Source of the DNA: Mobula hypostoma
Taxonomy: Eukaryota
DNA: 64,000 nucleotides
Direction: 5' to 3'
Assembly: GCF_963921235.1 (NCBI RefSeq)
Contig: NC_086109.1
Location: forward strand, 34,288,001 to 34,352,000
This document shows, one piece after another, positions 1 through 13,050 of the stretch (position 1 is the stretch's first letter; every line of letters begins with the position of its first letter). The position numbers were made by a program, and so were the translations under genes. The notes beneath the pieces were generated by a model. That model was not told the origin of the DNA and did no database searches. It saw only the letters and a list, made by a program, of their open reading frames with translations.

Positions 1-695
1 ATAATGTTTTTTGACCTGCCCAGGCAGTGTTTATGGTAGATGTTCTCAATGGTGGGCAACTGGGTGCCGATAATCTGCGGGGCAGTTTTCACCACACGCT
101 GGAGTGCTTTGTGGTCCGATACGGGACAATTGCCATACCACACTGAGATGCAATTGGTGAGTCTGCTCTCAATGGTACAGAGGTAAAAGTCCATCAGTAT
201 CCTGGGACAGAGGAGAGCTTTCTTGATGCTCCGCAGGAAATAAAGGCACTGTTGTGTCTTTTTGATCAGGAAGGAGGAGTTCAGGGACCAGGTGAGGTCC
301 TCGGAAGTGTGGACACCAAGGAATTTGAAGCTTGATACACACTCCACTGCAGCTCCATTGATGTAGATGGGGATGTGAGTGTGGCTCCTAGCATGCCTGT
401 AGTCCACAATGATCTCCTTGGTCTTCTGGGTGTTAAGGGCCAGGTTGTTGTCGGCACACCACACGGCTTGGTGCTGGACCTTGTCCCTGTAGGCCGTCTC
501 GTCATCCCCTCTGATCAGGCCAACCACCGTGGTGTCGTCTGCGAACTTGATGATGGAGTTAGAACCAGGTACAGGAACGCAGTCATAGGTGAAAAGGCAG
601 TACAGAAGAGTGCTCAGCACACAGCCTTGGGGCATGCCAGTGTTCAGGGTGAGAGTGGAGGAGGAGAGGTTGTCTAACTTAACTGATTGGGGTCT
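1..695 (-). mobile_element. Rex1/Babar-clade LINE, degenerate reverse transcriptase C-terminal fragment (runs off window start)
   Basis: Minus-strand translation across frameshifts gives KFADDTTVVGLI..., INGAAVECVSSFKFLGVH, QQCLYFLR, CISVWYGNC; the same family recurs at 10.5, 12.2, 38.3, 49.2 and 61.2 kb. Confidence 0.8.
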
Positions 696-834
696 ATTAT
701 GCCTTCCTAACCTGTCTGTTCCTATCCCTCTCCAATGCTATGGTAAAGGAGATAACAGTTGTGATCACTATCTCCAAAATGCTCTCCCACGGAGAGATCT
801 GACACCTAACCAGATTCATTTCCCAATACCAATA

Positions 835-1526
835 AATAGCAATAACACAAAAAATGATCAAAAATACGTAATAAAAGACAAACAAATTCAATATGATAAA
901 TGCAGAAAATGACAAGAAAAACTGGATACAATTCAACGCCTTACAGGATCCTGTAGCAGTTTATCACAATCTGATTAAATACAGAGGCACAATCAAGTGG
1001 CAATCAAAATCTTGTTTTAAAATACAAACTCATGAAAGAAAACATACCTTACTGTGAGTACAAGCCTGATCCAGTTTTAGAGGCAGAGTCCTACAAATTA
1101 TATTACAACCAATCTGTTGTTACAGATAGGGCAGTCCATAATAACCGTCTGGATATAGTAATACAGGATAAACAAGCAAGAACAACTTACTTAATAGATA
1201 TAGCCACATAAGCCTAACAAAAACAAAAACACCAGGAATATGCTGAATTAAAAAAAAGAAATTGAAAGAATTTGGAACATGAACAGGGTATAAATTGTCC
1301 CGACAGTAATATCTACAATTTGTATCCTTCCAAAGGAACTACACAATAGCATTAAACAACTAGGGCTACAGAGTAATATTTATGTAAAGCCTTAGAAAAC
1401 CACAATACTAAGCACTGCTTGAATAGTCTGAAAGTTCCTAGCAATTGAGAAATGAGTATGCCTGTCCATGCCCACACCTCAGGTTTTACCAGCTTGAGCT
1501 GAGAAAAATAAATAAATAATAAATAA
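835..1526 (+). mobile_element. R4/Dong(Rex6)-like non-LTR retrotransposon 3' fragment (decayed CCHC knuckle + restriction-like endonuclease)
   Basis: KYVIKD..DKCRK*QEKLDTIQRLTGSC..QRHNQVA (865-1002) and LYYNQSVVTDRAVHNNRLDIVIQDKQARTTYLIDIA (~1098-1205); ends in a TAAA/TAA-rich tail at 1505-1526. Confidence 0.7.
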
Positions 1527-2072
1527 GTCAGTAGGTAATGAATACTACTGAGTATTTAAGCTGGAGAGCCCCTGAAAGTGAGTCCAAAAGTTGTGGTAAA
1601 ATAATTTCCTTCAGAGTCGTAACTATGTTTTCTTGAATCAGAATGCTTACATAAAAACATGTAATGAGGAAGAACTTAGAGGAAGTTCCTTCCATCTTGA
1701 TGAAGCACACAACAGTAATGTGACAGTTTTTTATAACAAAGTTGTTTACATATCATTTTGCTAAGGGTATTGTTTGGGCTTACTCAGAAAAAGCAATGAT
1801 CTTTTCTTCAAGGAATTAAGACTGTGTTGAAGGTATACATTTCCAGGTAAAAATTCCAGTTAAATGACTGTAAACAGTTAGCTTGCAGTGAATACATAAC
1901 AGGGTAGCTTAATATCACAATAGAACACAGGGGAACAGGATCACGAGTGTTTCTACTGAAATTAAAGCATGCAGTACTTGTTGTGCAGGTTTGCATGATT
2001 TCCTTAAAACTGATGATAAACGATGACTAATCAACTTCTCATGATGTAGCAAATAGATGGAAAGAGATTAAA

Positions 2073-3405
2073 GTGACAAATCTGTTGGAATTCTTTGAAG
2101 AAATAACAATCAGAGACAAAGGAGAATTAGTTGATGTGTACTCGGATTTTCAGAAGGCCTTTGACAAAGTGCCACACATGAGGCTGCTAAACAAGCAGTT
2201 CCTGTAATGCCCATGGTATTACAGGAAAATTTCGAGCATGGGTAGATCATCGGCTTATTGGCAGGAGACAAAGAGTGAGAATAAATGGGAGACTTTTCTG
2301 GTTGGCTGCCAGTGTCTACTGGTGTTCCACAGGAGTCTGTGTCGGGATTGCTTCTTTTTACTTTATATGTCAATGATTTAGATGATGGAATTGAAGGCTG
2401 TGTGGCCAAGTTTGTGGACAATATGAAGATAGGTAGCTTTGAGGAAGATGAGAAGCTAAAGAAGGACTTATACAGATTAGGAGAATGGGCAAAGAAGTGG
2501 CAGATGGAATGTAGTGTCAGGAAATATATAGCCATGCACTTTGGTAGAAGAAATAAAAGCGTAGACTATTTTCTAAATGGAAGAAAATTCAAAAATCTGA
2601 GGTGCAAAAGGACTTGGGAGTCCTCGTGCAGGATTTGCTAAAGGTTAATTTGCAGGTTGAGTCTGTGGTGAGAAAGGCAAGTGCAATGCTAACATACAGT
2701 TCGAGAGGACTAGAAGATGAAAGCAGGGATATAATGTTGAGGATTTATAAAGCATTGACGAGGTCTCACTTAGAGTATTGTGAGTAGCCCCTTATCATAG
2801 AAATGATGTGCTGACATTGGAGGGCATTCAAATGAGGTTCACAAAAATGATTTTGGGATTGAAAGGCTCATTATATGAGGAGTGTTTGCTGGCTCTGGGT
2901 CTCTACTCACTGGTATTCAGAAGAATGAGGGGTGACCTCATTGTAACCAATCAGAAGCTGAAAGGCCTCGATAGACAGGATGTGGAGAGAATGTTTCCCA
3001 TGGTGGTGGAGTTCAAGACCAGAGGATGCAGCCTCAGAATAGAAGGACATCCTTTCAGAAAGGAGATGAGCAGGAATTTCATTAGCTGGAGAGCGTTGAA
3101 TCTATGGAATTTGTTGCCCAGGCGGCTGTGGAGGCTAAGTCATTGGTTATATTTATACTTTATACTTTATACTTCATTGTCGCCAAACAATTGGTACTAG
3201 AACGTACAATCATCACAGCGATATTTGATTCTGCGCTTCACACTCCCTGGATTACAAAGTAGATTCTTGACATGAAGTGATGCAGGGAGAAAGCAGGAGA
3301 TTTGTTATGAGAGGGAAAATGGTTCAGCCATGATAAAATGGCAGAGCAGATTTGATGGGCCAAATAGCCTAATTCTGCTCCTGTATCTATGATCTTATGA
3401 TCTTG
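2073..3405 (+). mobile_element. CR1-clade (HER1-like) LINE, 5'-truncated and degenerate; interrupted at ~3153-3258 by the 3' tail of another element
   Basis: TNLLEFFEE, DFQKAFDKVPH, GVPQESV, KFVDNMKIG, HLEYC, RMRGDLI motifs; TCTTATGA-type terminal repeats near 3385-3405. Confidence 0.9.
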
Positions 3406-3484
3406 TAAGTCTTAACCTCCACAAAAATGTAAGCCACCATATCCCTTTATAAAAGACCTGTCATGTTTTACCAGAAATGTGATA

Positions 3485-3900
3485 ACCTGAGTTATAAGGA
3501 AAGGTTGAGTACGTTTGGACTTAATTCTGTGGAGCACAGAAGAATGAAGAGAGATCTTATAGAGATATACAAAATTATGAGGGGTGTAGATAGGGTGATC
3601 ACTTGTATGCTTTTTCCCCTCAAGTTGGGTGAGAATAGAACTAGAAGTAGTGGACTTCGGTTAATTGGTGAAATATTTAAGGGAAATCTGAGGGGAAATT
3701 CTTACTTCAGTGTGTGAGTGGAAGTCACCAGTGGAAGTGTTGGATGTGAGTTCACTTATAACATTTAAGAGAAGTTTGGATTGGTATTTGGATGAAAAGA
3801 ATATAGAAGGTTGTGTTCCCAGTGTAGATAGATGGGACTAGGCTGGCATGAGCTAGATGGACCAAAGGGCCTGTTTCTGTAGTGCTTGATGCCTCTATGA
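3485..3900 (+). mobile_element. CR1 LINE 3' fragment
   Basis: LSYKERL..RRMKRDLIEIYKIMRGVDRV motif and a CR1-type 3' UTR (GGACCAAAGGGCCTGTTTCTG). Confidence 0.75.
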
Positions 3901-4680
3901 TCCTGTCATTGTTGTTAAGTGTTCCTTCTTTCTCCTTGCTTGACCTGCTGAGTTTTCCAGCATCGTCAGTTTTGTCAATCTTTTACCTCTGCTATTATGA
4001 ACGGCTGCAGGATAGGAAGATGTTAACAAATCAGGGTGAGGCAAGATATAAGCATTTGGAAGCAGGGATGAGAATATTTCATGTTTGTATGCAGAAAGAA
4101 AATGACGAACACTTAGTCTTAGTTGTGATACGGACATCAAAGTATCAGGTGAGCTTAAGGACTGATTTTTTTTTATTTCAAAAATAAACTTTCTTTAGAA
4201 TAAAAATATCTACAAAAGAATAAACACGGGAGAGGAGATGAACAAACTGGCCAAGAGATTATCTGAATAATCTCCTCAAGGTCAACGTGTTCATAGCTGA
4301 GGACTTACAGTTGGCGCACTTAAAAGGAGTGGGTTGGACAATATTACAAAGATACTGCTGAAAGAGTGCATGGCGGACCACCCTGACGTGACAGAAATCA
4401 TCAAGGGTGAACTTCATGGGAGATGAAAATGAAGATAATGTAGAGTTTTTTCCAGAGGTAAAAGGGATGTTTTAACTTGCCCACTTAGTCTCACATCTTT
4501 ATGTTGCCGTCTACTGAGCACATAATTTCTCCTCCTCATTCTACCAGTCTGACAGGCAACTCCAATGAAAAGCATAGTTCCAAACTGTACTTAGGCATTC
4601 TGATATTTCTCCTGATCCGAAAGCCACTTGTGATGCAAAAGTACTATTTGTTTGTGCATGGCGTTTGGGAATATCCATCG

Positions 4681-4873
4681 GGGGCAACGTGGTGGGGCAG
4701 TGGCAAGTGCAACACCTTATGGTACCTGTGACCCGAGTTCAATCTGTAAGGAGTTTGTACCTTCTCCCTGTGACCATGTGGGTTTCCTCCCACAGTCCAA
4801 CAACATACCAACTGGTAGGTTAATTGATCATTGTAAATTGTCCCGTGATTAGGCTAGGGTTAAATCGGGAGTT
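4681..4873 (+). mobile_element. tRNA-derived SINE (HE1/V-SINE-like), 5' part; split by the RTE insertion
   Basis: tRNA-like head with GAGTTCAAT B-box-like motif and body GTGGGTTTCCTCCCACAGTCCAA..GGTTAATTGATCATTGTAAATTGTCC; colinear with the intact minus-strand copy at 52316-52560. Confidence 0.75.
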
Positions 4874-7141
4874 CTCTCAGGGACACTATCCACAGCACTG
4901 CCCTCAAGGCCTTCGGGAAGAAACGGGGCAAGACACAGGACTGGTTTGAAGCGAGCTCAAGTAAGCTCACCGCGGTCATCGAGGTGAAGCGTGTTGCACT
5001 ACTAGAGCACAAATGCCACCCCACCCAGGCAACACTGCAACCACCAAGGACAGCAAGAAGCAAGGCCCAGGAAACAGCCAGATGCTGTGCAAATGACTAC
5101 TGGCTACAACTATGCGAAAGCATTCAATCATCATTTGACACAGGCAACACAGGTGGAGTGTGCAAGGGGGTCAAGAAAGTCATCGGCCCAACCCAGAGCA
5201 AGACAACGCATTTGAAAACCATAACAGGCGAGACCATCAATGACAAAGGCAAACAGATGGAGAGATGGGTGGAGCATTACTTTGAACTCTTCTCCAGAGA
5301 AAACAGCATATCGGAGAGCGTGCTAGACGCCGTGGAATGCCTGCCTGTCTTGGAGGAACTTGATGCATTGCCGACTGCTGAAGAGCTGAGTAAAGCCATC
5401 GACAGCTTGCCCACTGGGAAGGACTAGATGGCATTCCACCAGAGGCCATCAAATGCGCAAAGGGCGTTCTGCTAAACCACTTGCACAAACTACTGTGCCA
5501 GTGCTGGATGCAGGGAGCAGTGCCGCAAGACATGAGAAACTGCGACATTGTCACCATATATAAGAACAAAGGGGACAGGAGCCACTGTAACAACTACAGG
5601 GGAATCTCCTTGCCGAGCATCGTTGGGAAGGTCTTCGCCCACGTGGTCCTGAAGAGACTGCAGAAAATAGCCGAAAGGGTATATCCCGAGTCTCAGTGCG
5701 GTTTCAGGTCAGAATGCTCCACAATCGACATTATCTTCTCCCTTCAACAGCTACAAGAGAAATGCAGAGAGGCAAAGACAACCACTCTACGTCGCTTTCA
5801 TTGACCTTACGAAGGCCTTCGACCTTGTGAGCAGAGACGGCCTGTTCAAAATCCTCGCCAGGGTTGGTTGTCCCCCAGTGCTCCTCAGGATAGTTCAGTC
5901 ATTCCACACAGACATGAAAGGCATCATTCAGTTCGACGGCTCTTCATCGGAGGCCTTCAACATCCGCAGCGGTGTGAAACAGGGCTGTGTGCTTGCCCCC
6001 ATCCTGTTTGGCATCTTCTTCGCAGTCATGCTGAAGCACGCCTTTGGAACATCAACTAATGGTGTCTCCCTCCACACCAGATCAGACAGGAGGCTGTTCA
6101 GTCTGTCCCGGCTGAGGGCAAAAACCAAGGTTCGTGAAGTATACATCAGGGACATGTTGTTTGCAGACGATGCGGCACTGGCAACACACTCTGAACAGCA
6201 ACTGCAACGCCTCATGGACAGCTTCTCAAGAGCCTAGCAGGACTTCAGATTGACCATCAGCCTGAAGAAAACCAATGTGTTGGGCCAATGCGTTGAGCAC
6301 CCCCCTGCCATTACCATCAACAACTACGAGCTGGAGGTAGTTCACGAGTTTACATACTTTGGCTCCACCATCACGGACAGCCTCTCCCTAGACCCTGAGA
6401 TCAATAGACGGATTGGACGAGCAGCCTCAACATTCGCCAGGCTGATAAAGAGAGTCTGGGAGAACAGAAAGCTGACGACGCACACCAAAGTTGCAGTCTA
6501 CAGGACCTGTGTCCTCAGCACACTGCTTTGCGGTAGCGAGACCTGGAGACTCTACTCCAGACAAGAGCGGTGTCTCAACGCCTTCCACCTTCGCAGCCTG
6601 AGACACATCCTGGACGTCATGTGGACTGACTGAGTCACCAACAATGAGGTCCTGGCCTGCGCCCAGATACCCAGCCTCTTCACCCTGCTCCAACAACGCT
6701 GTCTCCGCTGGCTGGGCCACGTACACCGCATGTCAGACGGGAGGATCACGAAATACCTACTGTATGGGGAACTCGCCTCCGGCAAGAGAGCACAAGGGCG
6801 GCCCCACCTTCGTTTCAAAGACGTTTGCAAGAGAGACATGAAGTCACTGAAAATGAACGTCGAGAGGTGGGAGGACATCGCAAGTGATTGCTCTCACTGG
6901 AGGCTGGAACTACGCAGAGGTCTAAAAAGAGGAGAAGAGAAGCTGAAGCTTGCTGCTGAAGAAAAGCGCACTTGTCGAAAACCAGCACGAAGACAACACT
7001 GGAGGACAGTGCCTTCAAGTGCAGTCGCTGCAGCCGAGACTGTCACTCCCATGTGGGCCTCTACAGCCACAGCAGACGCTGCTCTAACACAGACTGCAAC
7101 AAGACTTTCATGGTCTCGCGAGACTAACGGATGCCACCACC
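4874..7141 (+). mobile_element. RTE-clade LINE, 5'-truncated, with few disabling mutations and a 12-bp TSD
   Basis: CNNYRGISL, ESQCGFR, FIDLTKAFD, GVKQGCVLAP, DMLFADDAAL, LRWLGHV, C-terminal FKCSRCSRDCHSHVGLYSHSRRC (7014-7082), (CCA)n tail; TSD AAATCGGGAGTT 4862-4873 / AAATCGTGAGTT 7142-7153. Confidence 0.93.
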
Positions 7142-7210
7142 AAATCGTGAGTTGCTGGGCGGTGTGGCTAGAAGGGCTACTTTCACACTGTGTCTCAATT
7201 AATATATAAA
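7142..7210 (+). mobile_element. 3' remainder of the SINE split by the RTE insertion
   Basis: GTTGCTGGGCGG..GAAGGGC..CTGTGTCTCAAT continues the sequence seen uninterrupted (reverse-complemented) at 52316-52390. Confidence 0.7.
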
Positions 7211-7961
7211 TTTTAAAAAAACTAATCCAATGGCTTCTTGAATAAAAACCTGAAGATAAAAAATGAAGTCTTACTCTGAAGAGTAGAGGTGTCAGAGGAA
7301 GTTTGTACATATTAAGGAATTTTATCACACTGAGTTGGGTACAATATCTACCCATTTCCTCTCTGAAACTTTGCAGTCTGAAATAACAAGTTGAATAAGT
7401 TCATGTGTCTTTAAACTACCATGTGATTTGTGCAGACGAAATTAGCTGAATAAGAAGCAAGATTAAGAGTGCCTTCTGGTAGGAAATTGGAAATGATAAT
7501 AATAGATTAAAATGCACAACAGGAAGGCCTTCTGCTAAAATCAAGACATTGAGTAATTCCCCCAAAGTTGACAAAGAGAGTAAGGGAGATGTTGATTAGG
7601 TAAATACAATCTCCAGAGAAAAATATTTTGAACTATCATCAAAAAGTGCCCAGACTGTACAATGAAGCTATCTAAGAAAAAAAATCCGCAGTTTATACAA
7701 ACACAAAACAATGGGAAGAGCAACGTTCTGCCCATTCTCATGTTAGGTGAAACTTTTTAAATAATATTGATTTTACTACATAGCTGAGATCACTGATTGC
7801 TTTATCGCTCTTGGCTGAGATAGTATTTTAATTAAATCGGATTCATGTTTCTCCAGTAATAGAGTATTGTTTGCCTGTGGCCCATATTTTGTTAAAGTTT
7901 ATTGTGTAGAGTAATTATGAATTGCTTGTTACCATTTTTTTAAACCAACCAAGTAAATTAC

Positions 7962-9020
7962 TAACATGAGAAAGCGTACAAATGTTGGAATCCAAAGCAA
8001 CAGACAAAAATTGCTGGGGGAACTCAGTAGGTCAGGCAGCAACTATGGAAATGATTAAACAGTGCATGTATTGGGCTGAGACCCTTCATCAGGACTGGAA
8101 AGGAAGGGGGAAGATGCTTGACTAAAAAGAGTGGGGGAAGGGGAATGTGGTTTGCTGGAAGGTGATAGGTGAAACCATGTGGGTGAGAAAGGTCAAGGGC
8201 TGGAGAAGAAGGAATCTGATAGGAGAGGAGAGAGGACCATAGGAGAAAGGGAGAGAGGAGGGGCACTGGGGGAGGTGATAGGCAGGTGAAAAGAGTGGGT
8301 AAAAGAAGAAAAGAGAAGGGGGAAAGAAACAAATTTTTTACCGAAAGGAGAAATTGATATTCATGTTATCAGGTTGGAGGTTACCCAGATGGAATATAAG
8401 GTGTTGTTCCTCCACCCTGAGGGTGGCCTCATCTTGGCACAGGAGGAGGCCTTGGACCGACATGTCAGAACGAGAATAAGAATCAAAATTAAAATGTTTG
8501 GACCCTGGGAAGTTTGGCTATTGGTGGATAGAGCAGAGGTACTCGGCCAAGTGGTCCCTCAACTTATGATGGGTCTCACACTGTAGAGGAGGCTGCATCA
8601 GGAGCACAGTACACAATAGACAACCCCAGCAGGTTCGCAGATGAAGTGTTGCCTCACTTGGAAGGACTATTTGGGGCCTGAATGGAGGTGAACAGGCTCT
8701 CAGCCCCTTGCAGGGATTAATGCCAGGAGGAAGATTAGTGGGGAGAATGGACAAAGGAATCACAAAGGGAGGGATCCCTGTGGAATGCAGTCATAGGTAA
8801 AGATTTATCTAGTGGTAGGATCCCTTTGGAGATGGTGGAAAATGCGGAGGATAATGTGTTGGATGCCAAGGCTCATGGGGTGGGAGGTAAGGCCAAGAGG
8901 AACTCCATCACTGTTAAGGCAGCAGGAAGATGTGGTGAGTGTGGATGATTGGGAAGTGGAGGTCAGCATCAATGGCAGAGGAAGGGAAACCCCGTTCTTT
9001 GAAGAAGGAGGACATTCTCA
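7962..9020 (-). mobile_element. Penelope-like element 3' fragment (decayed GIY-YIG endonuclease + terminal pLTR)
   Basis: Minus strand FQVRQHFICEPAGVVYCVLCS..KLRDHLAEYLCSIH; homologous to 42050-42830; pLTR with decayed hammerhead motif at 8060-8097. Confidence 0.8.
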
Positions 9021-10469
9021 GATGTCCTGTGAAGAAGGAGTAGGAGTAAATTACCATCATTGTTCACTAATAATTGCCATGTTTTTCTCTCATTGTTCTA
9101 TGTAGAGTAAGTAAAAACTCTCTCTGAAAATTGTTCCTCATGAGTGTGGACATTCTCATTTCAAGAAGACCCTAACTGTATCCTTCTTGAAATCATATTC
9201 ATTGACACAATCAGTTTTCTGTGACATCTCACTTTCCCTGCAGTAATTTAAAGACAGAACTATTTTGACTGTTAGCATAGATGAAGATATATGCTTAGAA
9301 ACTTCTTGAAGTAGTATTAGTTATCTCATTATTGACTACAAATGAAATTAGACAACATAAGTGTGTAAACCATATCCAGTTATTTTTTTTCTGGAATGGA
9401 TTTGTAGCTCTGAAACTTGAGCACTTCTTTTCTTTAGTTCCATTATAGCACTATCGTCTTAAATGTTCAGAAGATGGGTTTAACTCACTAAATTCTGTTA
9501 ATTTTGGAAAAGTTAATCTGCTATTGTGTTTGAAGATTTACAATCTTCCAAGTAAGTTTCCAATTAGTGTAAAGTAATTTCTACTTAGTATTCATAATTT
9601 TAGCTCAACCACATTGACAGTGGCTATTTCAATTCTGGTCTTAGACGGAAGGCAACATGTTGCCCACCCTGGGAAGGAAGCACCGGAGGCAGTGTGGGAG
9701 GGAACCGAGGCGTGGGAGGTGGTCTGGAATCAGTGCTGGGTTGAGGCCTGACCCATGCCATTGGTGCTGCTCTCCGGTGTTCGCTCCGTGGATGACAAGA
9801 TAGATTGATTGCAGCTAACACAGCACACAACAAGCTGGATTGCTTTCATATGTGACCAACCGAGTGTGAATTGAGGTACTGTTGCCTGTTCATTTTTGCA
9901 GAGACATGGCTGCGGGACAGCATCCCAGGCACCATCAACCTTCAAGCCATGCCACTTAGAGACTTGTGCTAATATTATCAGCACAAGTGCTACGTGCTCT
10001 GTGCTGTATGTGACTGTATATGTCTTGTATTTTGCACCTTGGCCGCAAGCAGCACTGTTTCGTTTAGCTGTATACATGTGTATATTTGAATGATAATTAA
10101 GCTAGAACTTAGAGAATTAGAGAAGTTTAGAGAAGTTAGAGAAGTTTGATATGTAATTGCAATTTTTCTGTACAAGAGTCATTTATTTTTTAATTAGGCC
10201 ACAGGGATCATAGCTCTAAGAAAAGTGGTCAAAACTTGTTTTGTTACTACATCATTCAGCAGAGCACTACATTCTATGTGGAACAACTGGAAGTTATGCA
10301 AATCAGAAGTGAAAATATATCAAAGGATGTATGTGTGGAGTCTACATATTTTCCTTATGATCATGTTGGGTTCCTTCTACATCATAATGTTGTGCAGTTG
10401 AGGAAATCGAGGAACACACACCAGTCCTCAACAAGAGGTCAGCTGTGGAAAGGGGGAGCAGTTTCAAGT

Positions 10470-11097
10470 GACTGGGTGTCAATATATCTGAAGATCTACT
10501 CTAGGCACAACATATTGATACAATTACAAAGAAGGCACAACAGTGGCTATATTTCATTAGGAGCTTGAGGAGGTTGGTATGTCACCAAAGAATCTCACAA
10601 ATTTCTACAGATGTACCTTGGAGAACATTCTAACTGGTTGCATCACCGTCTGGTATGAAGTGGCAACTGCACAGGATCAGAAAGAGCTACAGAAACCAGC
10701 TCCATCACGGCCACTAGCCTCCCCAGTGTCGAGGACACCTTCAAAAGGCAATGCTGCAAAAAGTCAGCGTCCATTGTTAAGGGCCCCCATCGCACAGGTC
10801 ATGCTCTCTTCTCATTGCTACCATCAGGAAGGAGGTACAGGAGCCTGAAGACACCCACTCAGTGATTCAGGAACAGCTTCTTCCCCTCCGCCATCCAATT
10901 TCTGAATGGACAATGAATCCATGAACACTACCTCACTATTTTTATTCTCTCACATTGCACTACTTATTTAAATTTTCATAGAAACTCCTGATTGTAATTT
11001 ACAGTTTTAAAAATTAATATGTATTATAATGTACTGCTGCTGCAAAATAACAAATTTCACAACATATGACAGTGATATTAAACCTGGTTCTGATTCT
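10470..11097 (+). mobile_element. Rex1/Babar LINE 3' fragment
   Basis: MSPKNLTNFYRCTLENILTGCITVWY; RNSFFPSAI; tail ATTAAACCTGGTTCTGATTCTG. Confidence 0.8.
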
Positions 11098-11523
11098 GCA
11101 GGTTAATAGGATAATTGGTCACAATTAATTGGACCGAATGTGTAGATAGGTGGTAGAACAAAGTGCTGGTAGAGTAGAGTTAATGGGAGTCTGTGCAGAA
11201 TCAGCAGGTCAGATGGCATAACTCTGCTCGCACGTCTTATGATTTTGTGAAATAAAATACATCTGGGTAGGATCAATGTAAAAACCCTCAATCATTAACA
11301 CTGGATAAAAATTGGATATTCAGGCTTAAGGTAGCACTGTATCACTTAGGTTACACTAGATTTTCGCAGTAAACCTGAAAAAAGATGGGTTGTCACATGA
11401 AAGTGCCTTGAAACAGCTCACGGATGCCATATGGAGCAGGTAAAGTCCCATTTGGCACACCCACAACAGAAAGATGCTTGAGGAGAAAGGTAATAATTTC
11501 ACGTGCTTTTTCATGGAAGTAAA

Positions 11524-12131
11524 AGACCGTAAGACCATAAGATATGTGAACAGAATTACGTCATTTAGCCCATTGTATCTGCTCCACACCATTTCATCTT
11601 GGTTGATCCGTTTTCCCTCTCAGCTCCAATCTCCTGCCTTCTTCCTGTATCCCTTCAAGCTCTGACCAATCAAGAATATATCTACATATGCCTTAAACAG
11701 GCATAAAGGCTTGGCTTCTACATCTGCCAGTGGCAACAAATTCCATAGATTCACCACTCTCTGGCTAAAGAAGTTCCTCCTCATTTCTGTTCTAAACAGA
11801 TGTCCCTCTATTTTAAAGAGTGTCCTCTGGTCTTAGACTATCCCACCATAGGAAACATTCTCTCCACATCCACTCTGTCAAGGCCTTTCACTATTCCATA
11901 GGTTTCAATGAGGTCACCCCTCATTCTTCTGAATTCCAGTGAATACAGGGCTGGAGGCATCTAACACTCTACATATGAAAAGCCATTCAATCCTCTAATC
12001 ATTTTCATGAACCTCCTTCAAGCTCTCTCCAGTTTCAGCACATCCTTTCTAAGATCAGGGCCCCAAACCTGCTCACAATACTCCAAGTGAGGCTTCATCA
12101 GTGCTTTATAAAGTTTCAACATTACATCCTT
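11524..12131 (-). mobile_element. CR1 LINE 3' fragment
   Basis: DVMLKLYKALMKPHLEYCEQVW on the minus strand; (TCTTATGG)-type tail at 11524-11541. Confidence 0.85.
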
Positions 12132-12179
12132 GAAAGGATTCTGAGTCATCCTGGGTCTGGCATGTTTTGACCTGTAGGC

Positions 12180-13050
12180 AAAGTGAGTGAGTAGATTAAA
12201 ATATGTCTGCTGAAATATAATGTGGGAAAATGAAAAATGTTCCACGTTGGCACACAAAGGAGGAGGTTAGCGACTTTAGAAGAACTCGCACCACTCACAC
12301 CCCTCTTTAAATCAATGGCCCAGCAGTGTAAACTGTGAGAAGTTTCAAACTCCTGGAAATGCACATCTTGCACAAACTCCTCATGATCGCAGAACACATC
12401 TGACACAATGACGAAAGCTCACCAGTGCCTCTACTATCAGAGGAGGCTGAAGAGAGCTGAATGCTGCACGTCAATACTCGCGACCTTCTACATATGTTTA
12501 GTAGAGAGCATCCTAACACGCTACATCTCTGCATGGTATGGAAACTTCACTGAGGCAGGCAAGGAGACTCCGTAACGGGTAGTCACAATTGCCCAACACA
12601 TCACTGGCACCAGCCTACCCACTATCAAGGAAATACATACAGAAAGATGCTGGAAAAGGGCCAGTAACATCACGAGGACCCCCCAACCTGCCTATGGACT
12701 GTTTGTCCCACTTGCATTGGGGTGGATGTTATACAGCAACTACACCAGGACCACTAGACACAAAAACAGTAATTTTCCCCAAGCGGTAAAGCTGTTCAAC
12801 CCACTCCTCCACGCTGCCAGGACCACTACTTTTTATTTCCTGTCAGTCACCTTATATATAGACACTCCTGTGCCTAGCATCACCTTATGGGCATATAATC
12901 AATCACATATATAAGCTATCTTATGGATTTATAATTATTGTGTTGTTTATTATTGTGTTCATTATCTTATTGTATTTTTGTGTTGCATCAGATCTGGAGT
13001 AACAATTATTTTATTCTCCTTTACACTTCAGTGGTGGAAATGACATTTAA
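12180..13050 (+). mobile_element. Rex1/Babar LINE 3' fragment, degenerate
   Basis: INGPAV*TVRSFKLL, QCLYY, SAWYGNF, NFPQAVKLFN motifs; tail ACAATCTTAAAATCTTGAA. Confidence 0.75.

Noticed and set aside
4226..4460. Frameshifted peptide EMNKLAKDYLNNLLKVNV..AERVHGG faintly like a DEAD-box helicase segment
   Set aside because: Needs arbitrary frameshifts and lacks diagnostic motifs; cannot be supported without BLASTX.
10108..10147. Short tandem TTAGAGAA(GT) repeats
   Set aside because: Simple slippage at a LINE tail; no unique spacers, not CRISPR-like and not telomeric TTAGGG.
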